From an uncultured Candidatus Rokubacteria bacterium (lineage in GTDB: Bacteria > Methylomirabilota > Methylomirabilia > Rokubacteriales > CSP1-6): 64,000 bases of DNA. The translations under genes were made by a program, and so were the position numbers. The notes under the pieces were generated by a model, which had not been told where the DNA came from, did no database searches, and worked only from the letters and a program-made list of their open reading frames with translations. The DNA is taken from positions 1 to 64,000 of the forward strand of contig CAWBMV010000011.1 of assembly GCA_963789955.1 (NCBI GenBank), read 5' to 3'. This document shows positions 9,174-19,133 of the stretch, one piece after another; the first letter of the stretch is position 1; each line of letters begins with the position of its first letter.

Positions 9174-10397
9174 GTGACCCACGCCCGACTCGTGCTGACC
9201 AACGCCAACGTCATCGACTGCGTGGGCGAGCGGCCGATCGTTGGTGGCAGTGTCGTGATCGAGCGAGGACGGATTGCCGAGGTCCTCGACGGAACCCGCT
9301 CGGCCGACACCCGGAATGCCGACGTGATCGACCTGGGTGGCGCGTATCTCTTGCCGGGACTCTGGGATGTCCATATTCATCCCGACTATCTCGCCGAGAC
9401 CGGTGCCAGCGTGGTCGACCAAACCATCGCGTTTGGCCAGCGGCTGATGGAGGCGCTGACGGAGGCGGGCGTCGTAGGCGTGCGGTGCGCGGGTGCGGCG
9501 CACTTCATCGACGTGGCCTGGAAGCGCGCGTTCGATACGGGCCGGTACGTGGGCCCGCGCGTGTTCGCGGCCGGCCACTTCCTCACCAGCACAGGTGGCC
9601 ACTTCCTGACGTCGGGGCATGCGCGCGAATGCGACGGCCCGTACGGCTTCGTCCACGCGATCCGCGAACAGATCAAGAACGGCGTCGACCACATCAAGCT
9701 CAACCTCACGGGCGGGATCATGGGCCCGTCCTGGGACCGCCACTGGCAGTCGTTCCTGCTCGACGAGGAGCTGGAGGCGGCGTTTGCGATCTGTCGCACC
9801 CGCGGATTTCGCGTGATGGCGCACGCCGCCAACCCCGAAGCGGTGAAGGCGGCCGTCCGGCTCGGCGCGCACAGCGTCGAGCACGGCTACATCATGGATG
9901 AAGAGTGTGTCGAGCTACTCCGCAAGAGCAACACGTGGTACGTACCCACGCTCGCGATCAGCCACCTCACCCCCGATCAGGCGAGCGATCCGTGGGAGAA
10001 GCGATGGGTCGAGCAGCGGAACCTGTCGGCCGACCTGTGTGAGCGCGCCGACCACGCTTCCGATGAGCACCGTGAGTGGTTCCGGCGCGCGCTCGCGGCC
10101 GGCGTGAGGATGGCGCTCGGCTCTGACATCCGGCCGCTCAAGGAGGCGGCGCTGCTCGAGCTGGGCCTGTGGGTGAAGGACGGCGCCACCCCGCGGCAGG
10201 CGCTGCTCGCCGCCACGCGCGATGCCGCCGAGCTCTGCGGGGTGGGCGCCGAGCTCGGAACGATCCAGCCGGGCAAGCTCGCCGATCTCATCGTCGTCGA
10301 CGCCGATCCGCTCCGGGACATCACGAACCTGCGCCGGCTACGTTTCGTATTCAAAGAGGGCCGTCTCGTCTCCGACCGTCGTGCGAAGGCCCCCTGA
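9174..10397 (+). CDS. Metal-dependent amidohydrolase
   Basis: PGLWDVHIH, DHIKL, MAHAA, SVEHG, LGSD, GTIQPGKLADL. Confidence 0.9.
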   Translation: MTHARLVLTNANVIDCVGERPIVGGSVVIERGRIAEVLDGTRSADTRNADVIDLGGAYLLPGLWDVHIHPDYLAETGASVVDQTIAFGQRLMEALTEAGVVGVRCAGAAHFIDVAWKRAFDTGRYVGPRVFAAGHFLTSTGGHFLTSGHARECDGPYGFVHAIREQIKNGVDHIKLNLTGGIMGPSWDRHWQSFLLDEELEAAFAICRTRGFRVMAHAANPEAVKAAVRLGAHSVEHGYIMDEECVELLRKSNTWYVPTLAISHLTPDQASDPWEKRWVEQRNLSADLCERADHASDEHREWFRRALAAGVRMALGSDIRPLKEAALLELGLWVKDGATPRQALLAATRDAAELCGVGAELGTIQPGKLADLIVVDADPLRDITNLRRLRFVFKEGRLVSDRRAKAP

Positions 10398-10469
10398 CAT
10401 GGTCCTCGTTGACACCGGGAGTTGCCCAGGGTCTACTTTGCTTCAGCAACCCTTGCGGAGCTCTAGATC

Positions 10470-10862
10470 ATGAACATTCGACACACGGTCGCTGCGTTGC
10501 TCCTCCTCGCGCTCACAGCTGGGTGCGCTACCTCGTCGTCCCAGCCGACTCGAAGCGAGTTCGAAGACATCCCAGTGGCGAACGGGCTCACGTACCAGCC
10601 CAGCAAGTCCGTGATCATCGAGTCGCCGACGGTAAAGGCCGCGCGGCTCGTGTATCGCGGCCGGGTCGAGGTCGACAGCCTCGCAGTCGCGATGCGGACC
10701 GCGCTGGAGGCGAACGGCTGGCGCTACGTGAGCAGCACGTCCACGTCAGACCACGGCGTCACGCAAGTCTACGAGAAGGCCGGCAATCCGCTCGAAGTTC
10801 GTTTGATCGACGGCTGGTGGTACACCTACGTCGAGATGACGATCAGCCGCACCAGGCAATAA
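10470..10862 (+). CDS. Hypothetical lipoprotein
   Basis: Lipobox TAGC; FEDIPV...NGW pattern. Confidence 0.7.
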   Translation: MNIRHTVAALLLLALTAGCATSSSQPTRSEFEDIPVANGLTYQPSKSVIIESPTVKAARLVYRGRVEVDSLAVAMRTALEANGWRYVSSTSTSDHGVTQVYEKAGNPLEVRLIDGWWYTYVEMTISRTRQ

Positions 10863-10907
10863 GCACTTCGGGCAACGCAGCCTGGTCACCCAATCTGCTG
10901 TGACCGC

Positions 10908-11885
10908 TCAGTCGGAGGCGGGAGGGGTCTGGCGCGTATAGAGTCGGGCCACGACATCTTCGATGTCGGGCTCGAGCACTGAAATGTCACGCAGTGCCGC
11001 CACTTCCGCGAGCCGACTCACCAGATCTCCCGCCGGCGTGGTGCCGTCCAGTGCGTACGTGATCCGCCGCCCATTGGCCTGCGTCGACTCCACCGTCACT
11101 CCCGGCATCGCCAGCGGAGCCGTCAGCGGTTCGTCGAGATCGACGACCAGACGGCGGCGGGAGCCGTACCGGGTGTGGAGCTCATCCAGTGAGCCATCGT
11201 GCACGATGCGCCCCTGATCGATCACGATGAGACGCCGGCTCAGCCGCTCGATGTCGGCGAGGTCGTGCGTCGTCAGCACGATTGTCGTATCACCGGCCGC
11301 GCCTAGCGCGGCCAGGAACGCGCGCACGGCCTGCTTGCTCAACAGGTCGAGCCCGATCGTCGGCTCGTCGAGGAACAGCACCTCGGGCCCGTGCAGGAGG
11401 GCCGCCGTGAGCTCGCCCCGCATCCGCTGGCCGAGCGAGAGCTGCCGAACCGGGACGTCGAGGAAGGCGTCGAGATCCAGTAGCCGCCGGCAGTGGGCCA
11501 GCCGGCCGGCGTGCTCCGTGGCCGGCACCGCATACACGTGGCGCAGCAGCGCGAACGAATCCCGCAGTGGAAGGTCCCACCAGAGCTGCGAGCGCTGGCC
11601 GAAGACGACGCCGATCCGCCGCGCCAGCCGCGTGCGTTGAGGCACCGGCTCGAGGCCGCAGACCCTCACCTGCCCCGCGGACGGGTAGAGGACGCCGGTG
11701 AGCATCTTCAGGGTCGTCGACTTGCCTGCGCCGTTCGGGCCGATGTAGCCCACCATCTCCCCGCGCTCTACGGTGAGCGCGATGCCGTCGACGGCGGCGA
11801 CCACCCGCGTGCGGCGGCGCAGCCACCCCGATTTCACGCGAACCGTAAACTGCTTGCGGAGCTCGCGCGCCTCGATGACGGTCAC
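10908..11885 (-). CDS. ABC exporter ATP-binding protein
   Basis: GPNGAGKST, LSLGQRMR, FLDEPT, LTTH; GTG start overlaps upstream stop. Confidence 0.92.
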   Translation of the reverse strand: MTVIEARELRKQFTVRVKSGWLRRRTRVVAAVDGIALTVERGEMVGYIGPNGAGKSTTLKMLTGVLYPSAGQVRVCGLEPVPQRTRLARRIGVVFGQRSQLWWDLPLRDSFALLRHVYAVPATEHAGRLAHCRRLLDLDAFLDVPVRQLSLGQRMRGELTAALLHGPEVLFLDEPTIGLDLLSKQAVRAFLAALGAAGDTTIVLTTHDLADIERLSRRLIVIDQGRIVHDGSLDELHTRYGSRRRLVVDLDEPLTAPLAMPGVTVESTQANGRRITYALDGTTPAGDLVSRLAEVAALRDISVLEPDIEDVVARLYTRQTPPASD

Positions 11886-12688
11886 GAACCTGTGCTCCGA
11901 TAGTGCCGAACGCCGGTCCGCCACGCGAGTCCGGCGGCGAGGACCGCCATGACCGCGATGGCCGGCGCGGCATAACCGAGGAACGCCGGCGCGCCGAGCG
12001 GGTCGGGGCGGTCGATCAACGCCAAGGTCGGATAGTACGCCACGAAGGCGAATCCAACGGCGTAGGCGAACAGCCGGCGGAACAGCGCGCCGTAGATCGT
12101 GATCGGATACTGCGTGAAGGTGAGTCCGCCGTAGGTGAGGCTGTTAGCAATCTCGCCGGACTCGATCCACCAGAACGCCACCGTGGCCGTGGCCACGAAG
12201 ACAGCCCCGAAGATCACGGCGCCGGCGATGGGTGTCACCGTCAGCAGCGCCAGCCGCGCCGGCGTGAGCTCCACCGGCGCGTTGGCCGCGGCCACAACCA
12301 GCATGGCGACGCCGAACGCGACCCGCCCTAGCCGTCGCGTCGCGACGTCCATCGCTGCCAGCTGGGCAAGCGAACTCAGCGGGCGGACCAGCAGTGCGTC
12401 GAAGAGGCCGCTGCGCACGTACTGGCGCAGGCGCTCCACGTTACCCACCACCAGGTCGGCGGTCGCAAAGGCGCAGCTGGCCAACGCCGTCATCAGAAAG
12501 ACCTCAGCGAAGCCGAAGCCGCCCAACGTCGGGGTCACCCGAAACAGCGCCACAACGCTCACGATGTCGAGGACACCGAACAGCACACTGCCCGCCACGT
12601 CGACGGCGAACGACGCGCGGTACTGCGCCTGGCTCCGCACTTGTGCCGCCAACAGATGGCGGTAGGCCGTCAGCGTGGAATTAGCCAC
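11882..12688 (-). CDS. ABC-2 family permease (DUF990-like)
   Basis: QYRASF, GLFDALLVRP, QYPITIY, YRSTGS C-terminus; multiple TM segments. Confidence 0.88.
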   Translation of the reverse strand: MANSTLTAYRHLLAAQVRSQAQYRASFAVDVAGSVLFGVLDIVSVVALFRVTPTLGGFGFAEVFLMTALASCAFATADLVVGNVERLRQYVRSGLFDALLVRPLSSLAQLAAMDVATRRLGRVAFGVAMLVVAAANAPVELTPARLALLTVTPIAGAVIFGAVFVATATVAFWWIESGEIANSLTYGGLTFTQYPITIYGALFRRLFAYAVGFAFVAYYPTLALIDRPDPLGAPAFLGYAAPAIAVMAVLAAGLAWRTGVRHYRSTGS

Positions 12689-13532
12689 CCTGGATCACCA
12701 GCTTGCGCTCGCCGCGCCTCTGCACCCACCAGCACAGGGCGAGGAGTGCTACGACCCAGCCGGCCTGCACGCCGAGCAGGCCGAGCTGCACCATGGGCGA
12801 GCCGCGCTCAACGAGGATGTCGAGAGGAATCTGGATGACCGACGGGAACGGGGTGGCGACGATCAGCCCCATCGCCATCGCGTCTGGAAAGAACCAGACG
12901 GGGAAGTACAGGCCGCCGAATATCCCCGAGGTCAAGGTCCAGGCGGTTTGGGGGCCGCGGACGTCGAGCAGCCAGTACGCCGCGGCGTTCACGAGGTAGC
13001 GGCAGGCGAAGCAGACAATCGTGGCCAGGAGCATCGAGCACACGAACAGCGCGTACGTGATCGGCCGCCTCGGTGCATAGAGGTCGAAGACCAGCGCGCC
13101 CACGAACACCGGCACCACGAAGCGCGTCAGGGCGGCGTAGCCGGCCCGGCCGAGATCGGCGGCGAGCAGCTGCCAGACCGGATCGATCGGGCGCAGAAGA
13201 TCGGCGATCACGTCGCCGGTGCGGATGCGTTCGGCAAACTCCGGGAGCGCCCACAGGAGGACCACGCCGATCAACCCCTGCCCGGCCCAGACGAAGGTGG
13301 CCAGCTGCGGCTCTGAATAGCCGGCGACGGTCCGGGTGCCTGCGTCGATGACGGCCAGCATCACGGCGAATCGGAGGAATCCGAACACCGAGTTGGTGAC
13401 GACAGCCGCGACCATCGCCTGGCGATAGGTCGCGTACCGCCGGAACCCTGCCGCCGCCAGCGCCAGGTACGCACGATAGTAAGGAGCGCGCGATCCGGTT
13501 GCATCTGGGGCCGGGCTCTCGTCTGCTCGCAC
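12681..13532 (-). CDS. ABC-2 family permease
   Basis: YATYR, RIRTGDVIADLLRP, C-terminal LVIQGG. Confidence 0.88.
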   Translation of the reverse strand: MRADESPAPDATGSRAPYYRAYLALAAAGFRRYATYRQAMVAAVVTNSVFGFLRFAVMLAVIDAGTRTVAGYSEPQLATFVWAGQGLIGVVLLWALPEFAERIRTGDVIADLLRPIDPVWQLLAADLGRAGYAALTRFVVPVFVGALVFDLYAPRRPITYALFVCSMLLATIVCFACRYLVNAAAYWLLDVRGPQTAWTLTSGIFGGLYFPVWFFPDAMAMGLIVATPFPSVIQIPLDILVERGSPMVQLGLLGVQAGWVVALLALCWWVQRRGERKLVIQGG

Positions 13533-13574
13533 AACCGCGACAGGATATACCGGACGCGTCCCGCGGCGGCGGCG

Positions 13575-13858
13575 AGGAAGTGTTCGTCACGAAGATGGAG
13601 GCGGGCGCCTATCGATTCACGAAGCTTTCCCAATACGGCTTTTCCACGTTCACGGCCAACATGAACGTCAACTTCAGAGTCCCGGCCGGCCAGAGCGTGT
13701 ACATCGGCAGGCTGGTCGTCGAATTCTCCCCGGAACTGCTCTCGGTGGGCACCCGGTTTCGGGTCGCGGTCGAGGACGCGAGAGCGTCGACGCTGGATCC
13801 GGCCCGCCAGAAGTCCGGCCTGAGCCTCGCCGAAGTCACGACCGACCTCATGAAATGA
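13575..13858 (+). pseudogene. C-terminal fragment of a hypothetical (probably exported) protein
   Basis: Protein-like GAYRF...FRVPAGQSVYIGRL without a plausible N-terminus; abuts the ABC operon start. Confidence 0.4.
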
Positions 13859-13884
13859 TCACATGGGGGCCGCGACGGGCTGGC

Positions 13885-15507
13885 TCAGTGCAGAAGCATT
13901 GGGAGTCCCGGGATTGCTGGGATCCTGATCTTCTGCCCAACACGGAACTGCGCACGAGGATTTGAGTCTTTGATCACCTCGCAGCGGAGCCGATCGCCGT
14001 AATACAGTTCGGCGAGTGACGCGCACGTGTCCCCGGACCGGATCGTGTGCGTGATGGACATTACCTCACGCACCTCATTCTGGATGGTCTCGAACGCTGT
14101 GCGGTTCGTCGGCTCGAGGCTGAGAGCCGCGAGAAACCGCGCTTGGGCTTCGTCGAGCAGTCCACGATCCAAGAGGGCACGACCCTCTCGGAGCAAGCCG
14201 GTGACCTCCTCGCCGATTCGGTGCGCGAGCCGCTGCTGACCCTCGTGGGCCTTCCTGTCGCCGGGGTTGATCGTGAGCGCGATCGCCCGCTCGTCGAGCG
14301 CTTGCCGTAGGCGGCCGCGCAGCTCCAACTGCTCCGAGCGCTCGTTGTGCAAAGCTACCAGGCGATCTCGTGACCAAGGCACCGGAATGCTGGGGCCCGC
14401 CGTGGAAACAGGTTGCGCAGACCCAGGGAGCCGCTCGTCCGAGGTTGTGGCCGTTCCCACCGCTTGGTCCTGGAACACGGCGAGATTCTTCGCGAAGTCC
14501 TGTGCCGTCATCTCCGCGTAAATCTGGCTACGGCTGATCTTAAGAGGGGACACGAACGCCGCGTTCGATTGCCGACGCACGGTGAAGGCTGCGGTGTAGC
14601 CGTACTTGGCAATATACCCAAGGAGCTCATCGTCCACCTCTCCGTAGGGGTAGGCGAGCGATTCACTCGAACGTCCCAGATATTTCTTGAACAGGGTCAG
14701 CGGATAGCCCAGCTCTGCCTCGATCCGCTTGGCGTACGCCGCCTCGGACTCGCCGTCTTTGCGCCGGAGATTCACGTGCGACTTCGAATGGGCCTGTACG
14801 TCGTAGCCCTGCTCCGACAACGCGCGCAGGTCCTGCCAGGACAGTCCGCTGCCGGCCCCGATGAAGTCCGAGTACACGAAGAGCGTCGCGCCGAAGCCGT
14901 AGTCTTTCAGGGTCGGACGCGCGTACTGGACGAACGACTTGTAGCCGTCGTCGAAGGTGAGCAAAACGGACCTGCGCGGCAACTGCCGCCGGCCCGCTGT
15001 GAACGCCAGGAAGTCCGCCAGGCTCACGGTCTGAAATCCCTCGTCGTGCAACTGGCGCATCTGCGCTTCGAAGTTTCGCACCGCGATCGAGAGTCGTCCC
15101 TTCTCCTGCGCGCTGATGTTGTGGTAGACCAACACGGGCACGAGTTGATAACCCCAGGGGAACACTCCGACTGGGTTCCAGTCGTGCTTGGGGATTACGA
15201 CCTCCTGACCTTCCGAGAACATACGGGCCCCGGTGAAGTCCTCGATCATCCACTTCTTCTTGGGGTCCCCAAGGTGGCGGGTTGCGAGGGCCTCGAGTGT
15301 ATCGCCCGCTCTCGCAATGGTCACGATAAAGTGCTGCGACTCGAAGACGTCCGGTTCCTTCGCGGCGCCGGGCAGCTTGCTGGCTTGCCGGACATCCGGT
15401 GTCTGGGCAGGCGGAGGGGCCTCGACCTGGCGCGTGGTGGAGCATCCGGCGGCGCTGAGCACAAACCCCAAGACCAGAATTGATCGGCGTGCCGCGGACC
15501 CGCCCAT
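13885..15507 (-). CDS. Polysaccharide deacetylase (CE4) lipoprotein with LysM-like and TPR regions
   Basis: Lipobox AAGC; GDTLEALA..HLG; VPVLVYH, LTFDDG, HSKSH, AYPYG; HTIRSGDT...YYG...GQKIRIP. Confidence 0.85.
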   Translation of the reverse strand: MGGSAARRSILVLGFVLSAAGCSTTRQVEAPPPAQTPDVRQASKLPGAAKEPDVFESQHFIVTIARAGDTLEALATRHLGDPKKKWMIEDFTGARMFSEGQEVVIPKHDWNPVGVFPWGYQLVPVLVYHNISAQEKGRLSIAVRNFEAQMRQLHDEGFQTVSLADFLAFTAGRRQLPRRSVLLTFDDGYKSFVQYARPTLKDYGFGATLFVYSDFIGAGSGLSWQDLRALSEQGYDVQAHSKSHVNLRRKDGESEAAYAKRIEAELGYPLTLFKKYLGRSSESLAYPYGEVDDELLGYIAKYGYTAAFTVRRQSNAAFVSPLKISRSQIYAEMTAQDFAKNLAVFQDQAVGTATTSDERLPGSAQPVSTAGPSIPVPWSRDRLVALHNERSEQLELRGRLRQALDERAIALTINPGDRKAHEGQQRLAHRIGEEVTGLLREGRALLDRGLLDEAQARFLAALSLEPTNRTAFETIQNEVREVMSITHTIRSGDTCASLAELYYGDRLRCEVIKDSNPRAQFRVGQKIRIPAIPGLPMLLH

Positions 15508-15520
15508 TATGCGGCCTCCA

Positions 15521-15550
15521 CAGTTGGTGTCGTGGCGGGAGTCTAACAGA
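15521..15550 (-). promoter_or_regulatory. Second copy of TCTGTTAGACTCCCGCCA..CCAACTG leader motif
   Basis: Reverse complement matches 8147-8172; lies just upstream of the deacetylase RBS. Confidence 0.55.
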
Positions 15551-15657
15551 ACCTTTGGTGGGCGAGAGGATGAGCAGTCGAGCAGTTCCAGGATACCGAG
15601 CCTTGCGAGCCTGATGCCTCCCCTGCCGCATCGTGTAGGCTACCCTCTAGTCGGACG

Positions 15658-16530
15658 ATGCAAAGCGATCGGGCACGGGTCGCCTGGCACCAGAACACGG
15701 AGACGCGCTATCCCTACGGTCCGAACTCGCCGGACCCCGATCGCCTCGAGCCTCTCGGCTTCCCACCGCCGTGGCCAACCCGTCCCTGGATCTACGCGAA
15801 CGTGATCGCGTCGCGGAACGGAATCCTCACGTGGAAGAGGATCGGAGTGCGTGACGATCCCGTCCGCGCGATCGCCGGCGGCGATTTCACTCGACCGGGC
15901 CGACTCGCCGATCTGCAACTGATGCGCTATCTCCGTGCCTGCGCGGATGCCGTCTCCTTTGGCGCTCAAACGCTCCGGGATCAGCCCGATCTCCTCGGTA
16001 CGCCCGACATCGAGGGCGGGCTCGGAGACGCCCTGTATGAGCTCCGGGTGCGACACGGGCTGGGCCGGTTCCCACTCCAGGTGATTTACTCCGAGTCCGG
16101 TCGACTGGACCTCGACGTGCCGATGTTCAACACCTCCCATCTCCGTGTGATCATCATCACGACCGGCGCTGGAGCGCGCCTTCTCCGCTCGCGGGGCAGT
16201 GACGGAAAGGGCCTCACGCTATTCGTCGCCGGCGAGGAGGGAATCACTTCGGCCGGGCTCAGCAGCTCACACGAGCGTCTCTTCGACGAATTTGGGGTGC
16301 GTTACCTGGACTGCGAGGGCGGCGCGGTCGTGCTGCGGTCTCTTCACCAGGCTCACCTCCTGGACGAGGTCTTCATCACGGTCACGGACATCGACATCGA
16401 GGCCACCGAGCATACGGACATCAAGCGCGTCTTCGACTTCGAAGCCGAGGGCGCGCGTTTGATCAGCGAGGGTCGAACAGTTTCAGACCCCGGATACGTC
16501 TTTCGCCGCTGGCGTTTCAACCAGCGGTGA
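15658..16530 (+). CDS. RibD C-terminal/dihydrofolate reductase-fold protein
   Basis: RPWIYANVIASRNG, LRACADAVSFGAQTLR, LDCEGG, LLDEVFIT. Confidence 0.8.
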   Translation: MQSDRARVAWHQNTETRYPYGPNSPDPDRLEPLGFPPPWPTRPWIYANVIASRNGILTWKRIGVRDDPVRAIAGGDFTRPGRLADLQLMRYLRACADAVSFGAQTLRDQPDLLGTPDIEGGLGDALYELRVRHGLGRFPLQVIYSESGRLDLDVPMFNTSHLRVIIITTGAGARLLRSRGSDGKGLTLFVAGEEGITSAGLSSSHERLFDEFGVRYLDCEGGAVVLRSLHQAHLLDEVFITVTDIDIEATEHTDIKRVFDFEAEGARLISEGRTVSDPGYVFRRWRFNQR

Positions 16531-16574
16531 TAGCCCGGTAGCCCGGTGAGGCCGCTGGACGCCACGAAGTCCAC

Positions 16575-17231
16575 ATGAACGTCCTCGTGATCGATATCGG
16601 CGGCACGCACATCAAGGCGCTGGCCACTGGCCGCAAGAAGCCCCTCAAGATTCGATCGGGTCCGAAGATGACTGCGAAAGAGATGGTGCGACTGGTCCGA
16701 CGGTCGACGACCGGCTGGCGTTACGCCGTCGTGTCGATTGGCTATCCCGGACCCGTGCTACACGGCAAACCCCTGAGCGAACCTAGGAACCTGGGAGGCG
16801 GATGGGTCGGGTTCGACTTCAAGAAGGCGTTTGGGTGTCCCGTCCGCGTGATCAACGACGCCGCCATGCAGGCGTTGGGCAGTTACAAGGGTGGCCACAT
16901 GCTCTTCCTGGGCCTCGGCACAGGGCTGGGCGCCGCGCTCATCATCGACGGCGTCCTCGAGCCGATGGAGCTCGCACACCTGCCGTATAAGAAGGGTCGC
17001 ACCTATGAAGAGTACGTCGGGAAGGCGGGACTGAAACGATTCGGCAAGAAGAAGTGGCGCCGACACGTTGCCGATATCGTCATGCGACTGAAGGCCGCCC
17101 TGGAGGCCGACGATGTCGTCGTCGGCGGCGGCAACGCGAAGAAGCTGCGCACGCTGCCGAAGGGCGTCAGGCTCTGCTCCAATGCGAATGCGTTCGTCGG
17201 CGGCTATCGACTGTGGAGACACCCTACCTGA
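16575..17231 (+). CDS. ROK family sugar kinase (polyphosphate glucokinase-like)
   Basis: IDIGGTHIK, GYPGPV, INDAAMQALG, LGLGTGLG, ELAH, VGGGN. Confidence 0.88.
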   Translation: MNVLVIDIGGTHIKALATGRKKPLKIRSGPKMTAKEMVRLVRRSTTGWRYAVVSIGYPGPVLHGKPLSEPRNLGGGWVGFDFKKAFGCPVRVINDAAMQALGSYKGGHMLFLGLGTGLGAALIIDGVLEPMELAHLPYKKGRTYEEYVGKAGLKRFGKKKWRRHVADIVMRLKAALEADDVVVGGGNAKKLRTLPKGVRLCSNANAFVGGYRLWRHPT

Positions 17232-17330
17232 GCCCCACTGCGAGAGGCTCCGGTCTCAAGTCAACGCGAGCCGGTCCCCGCTGCCGAGCAGGGCGGCCGA
17301 AATCTGGCCGCCCCACTCACGATGCGGACG

Positions 17331-18359
17331 CTACTTGATCTCGGTCTTCGACTTCCACTTCACGAGGGCCGGGTCAGTCTCCTCCAGGAGCTTCGTGTAG
17401 ATCACGCTCTCCGGCGGGAACTTCTGCTTGATGCGGTCGAGCGAGTGCAGGAAGTCGATGAACTCGCCCATGCCCTTGGGGACCCGATCGTTCATCTCCA
17501 TCGAGTAGATGTTGAGCGCCATGATGTCCCGGGTCAGCGCCTCGTCCGTCTTCGTCTCGCGGGCAACGATCTTCACAGCCGTCTCGCGGTCGGTGTTGAT
17601 CGCGTCGGTCGCTTTGCGAAGCGCGCGCAGGACCGCCTTCAACGTGTTGGGGTTTTCCTTGAGCATCTTGCCGCTCGCCACCACGCCGGCGTGCACGTGG
17701 AGCCAGTCCACCTGGCCTTCCTTCCCGGGGATGAAGCTGCGGTTGCCGGTGAAGTACACCTTCCCGCCGCCCTGCTTCACGGCATTGAACACCCACGGCG
17801 CCCAGCCGGCCATGGCGTCGATGTCACCCTTGGCGAGCGCGGTAACGGCGTCGGGCGGCGAGAGGTTCACGAACTGGAGCTTGGCGAAGTCCACCCCGGT
17901 GTCGCGGGCCATGGCCTGGATGGCCATCGTGACCGACGCCCCCTTCGGCATGCCGATCTTCACCTTCTCGAAATCTTTCGGCGACCGAACGATCTCCTGA
18001 CCCTTCTTGCCGAGGACGATCTGCTGGGTGCCGGCGACGTCGCTCTGGGGGGCGATGTTGTAAATCAGCTGCCCGGAGGCGGCGATGGGGACGACCATCG
18101 TGGCGGTCGCGGTGCCGAGGTGGATGTTGCCGGCGCCCCACATCGACGGCAGGTCGGTCCCGGCGATGTACCAGCGTGGGTTGACCTTAATGCCCTCCGC
18201 CTTGAAGTAGCCGAGCTGGTCCGCGACGGCGAACTGCGAGGACATCTGCGCGTCGCGCACCAGCCAGGCGTCGACTTCGGCGAGCTCGGGCTTGCCCTGG
18301 GCGAGCGCGTCACCTGTCAGGGCGAAGAACGAGATAAGGAGTGCGAGCAAGAAACGCAT
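17331..18359 (-). CDS. NitT/TauT family ABC substrate-binding protein
   Basis: Signal peptide; GYFKAEGI, ALAKGDIDAMAGWAPW. Confidence 0.88.
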   Translation of the reverse strand: MRFLLALLISFFALTGDALAQGKPELAEVDAWLVRDAQMSSQFAVADQLGYFKAEGIKVNPRWYIAGTDLPSMWGAGNIHLGTATATMVVPIAASGQLIYNIAPQSDVAGTQQIVLGKKGQEIVRSPKDFEKVKIGMPKGASVTMAIQAMARDTGVDFAKLQFVNLSPPDAVTALAKGDIDAMAGWAPWVFNAVKQGGGKVYFTGNRSFIPGKEGQVDWLHVHAGVVASGKMLKENPNTLKAVLRALRKATDAINTDRETAVKIVARETKTDEALTRDIMALNIYSMEMNDRVPKGMGEFIDFLHSLDRIKQKFPPESVIYTKLLEETDPALVKWKSKTEIK

Positions 18360-18371
18360 GTGGAGCTCCTT

Positions 18372-19133
18372 TCAGGCCGCGGCGCGCCAGCGTAGGAGCC
18401 GGCGCTCGGCGGCGAGCAACAGCGTGTTGATCAGCGATCCGAGGAGACCCAGCACCAGGGCCCCAATGACGATTTGCGCGGGATTGAAGAACGTGCGGCC
18501 TTCCATGATCAGATGGCCGAGGCCGGCGTCGGCCCCCATGAACTCGGCGCCGACGATTACGAACAGCGCCAGGCCGACGCCGACGCGCAGCGCGACGACG
18601 ATGCCGGGCAGCGCGGCCGGTAGCACGACGCGGCGAACGAGGTCCGCGCGGGAGGCGCCCAGGCTGGCGGCCGCCCGCAACAGCACCACGTCGACGCGCA
18701 GCACGCTGGCCGCGATGGCGACGAACATCGGAAAGAACGTCGTGTAGCCGATGAAGGCGATCTTCGAGGCCTCACCGAGGCCGAACCAGACCAGGAACAT
18801 CGGCAGGAAGGCCAGCGGCGGGATCGGCCGCACGAACTCGATCACGGGCTCGGCCATGAGGCGCAGCGGCACGCACATTCCCACCAGCAGCCCGAGGCCG
18901 AGTGCGGCCAGCGCCGCGAGGCCGAAGCCCTGAACGACCCGGCCCAGCGAGGTGAGGAAGTGACGGGTCAGCTCGCCACTCGCCGCCAGGTCCAGCCCAA
19001 CCCGCCCGACCTCCGCCGGCGTGGGTAGCAGCACAGGGTTGACGACACCCAGCCACACGTTACCGTGGGCGACGACGGCCCACAGGGCGAGCGCGCCGAG
19101 CATCGCCACCGCCCGCGTCGCCGCCGCGCTCAC
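18372..19133 (-). CDS. NitT/TauT family ABC permease
   Basis: RPIPPLAF, WFGLGE, AAASLGAS...VVLPAALP. Confidence 0.9.
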   Translation of the reverse strand: MSAAATRAVAMLGALALWAVVAHGNVWLGVVNPVLLPTPAEVGRVGLDLAASGELTRHFLTSLGRVVQGFGLAALAALGLGLLVGMCVPLRLMAEPVIEFVRPIPPLAFLPMFLVWFGLGEASKIAFIGYTTFFPMFVAIAASVLRVDVVLLRAAASLGASRADLVRRVVLPAALPGIVVALRVGVGLALFVIVGAEFMGADAGLGHLIMEGRTFFNPAQIVIGALVLGLLGSLINTLLLAAERRLLRWRAAA

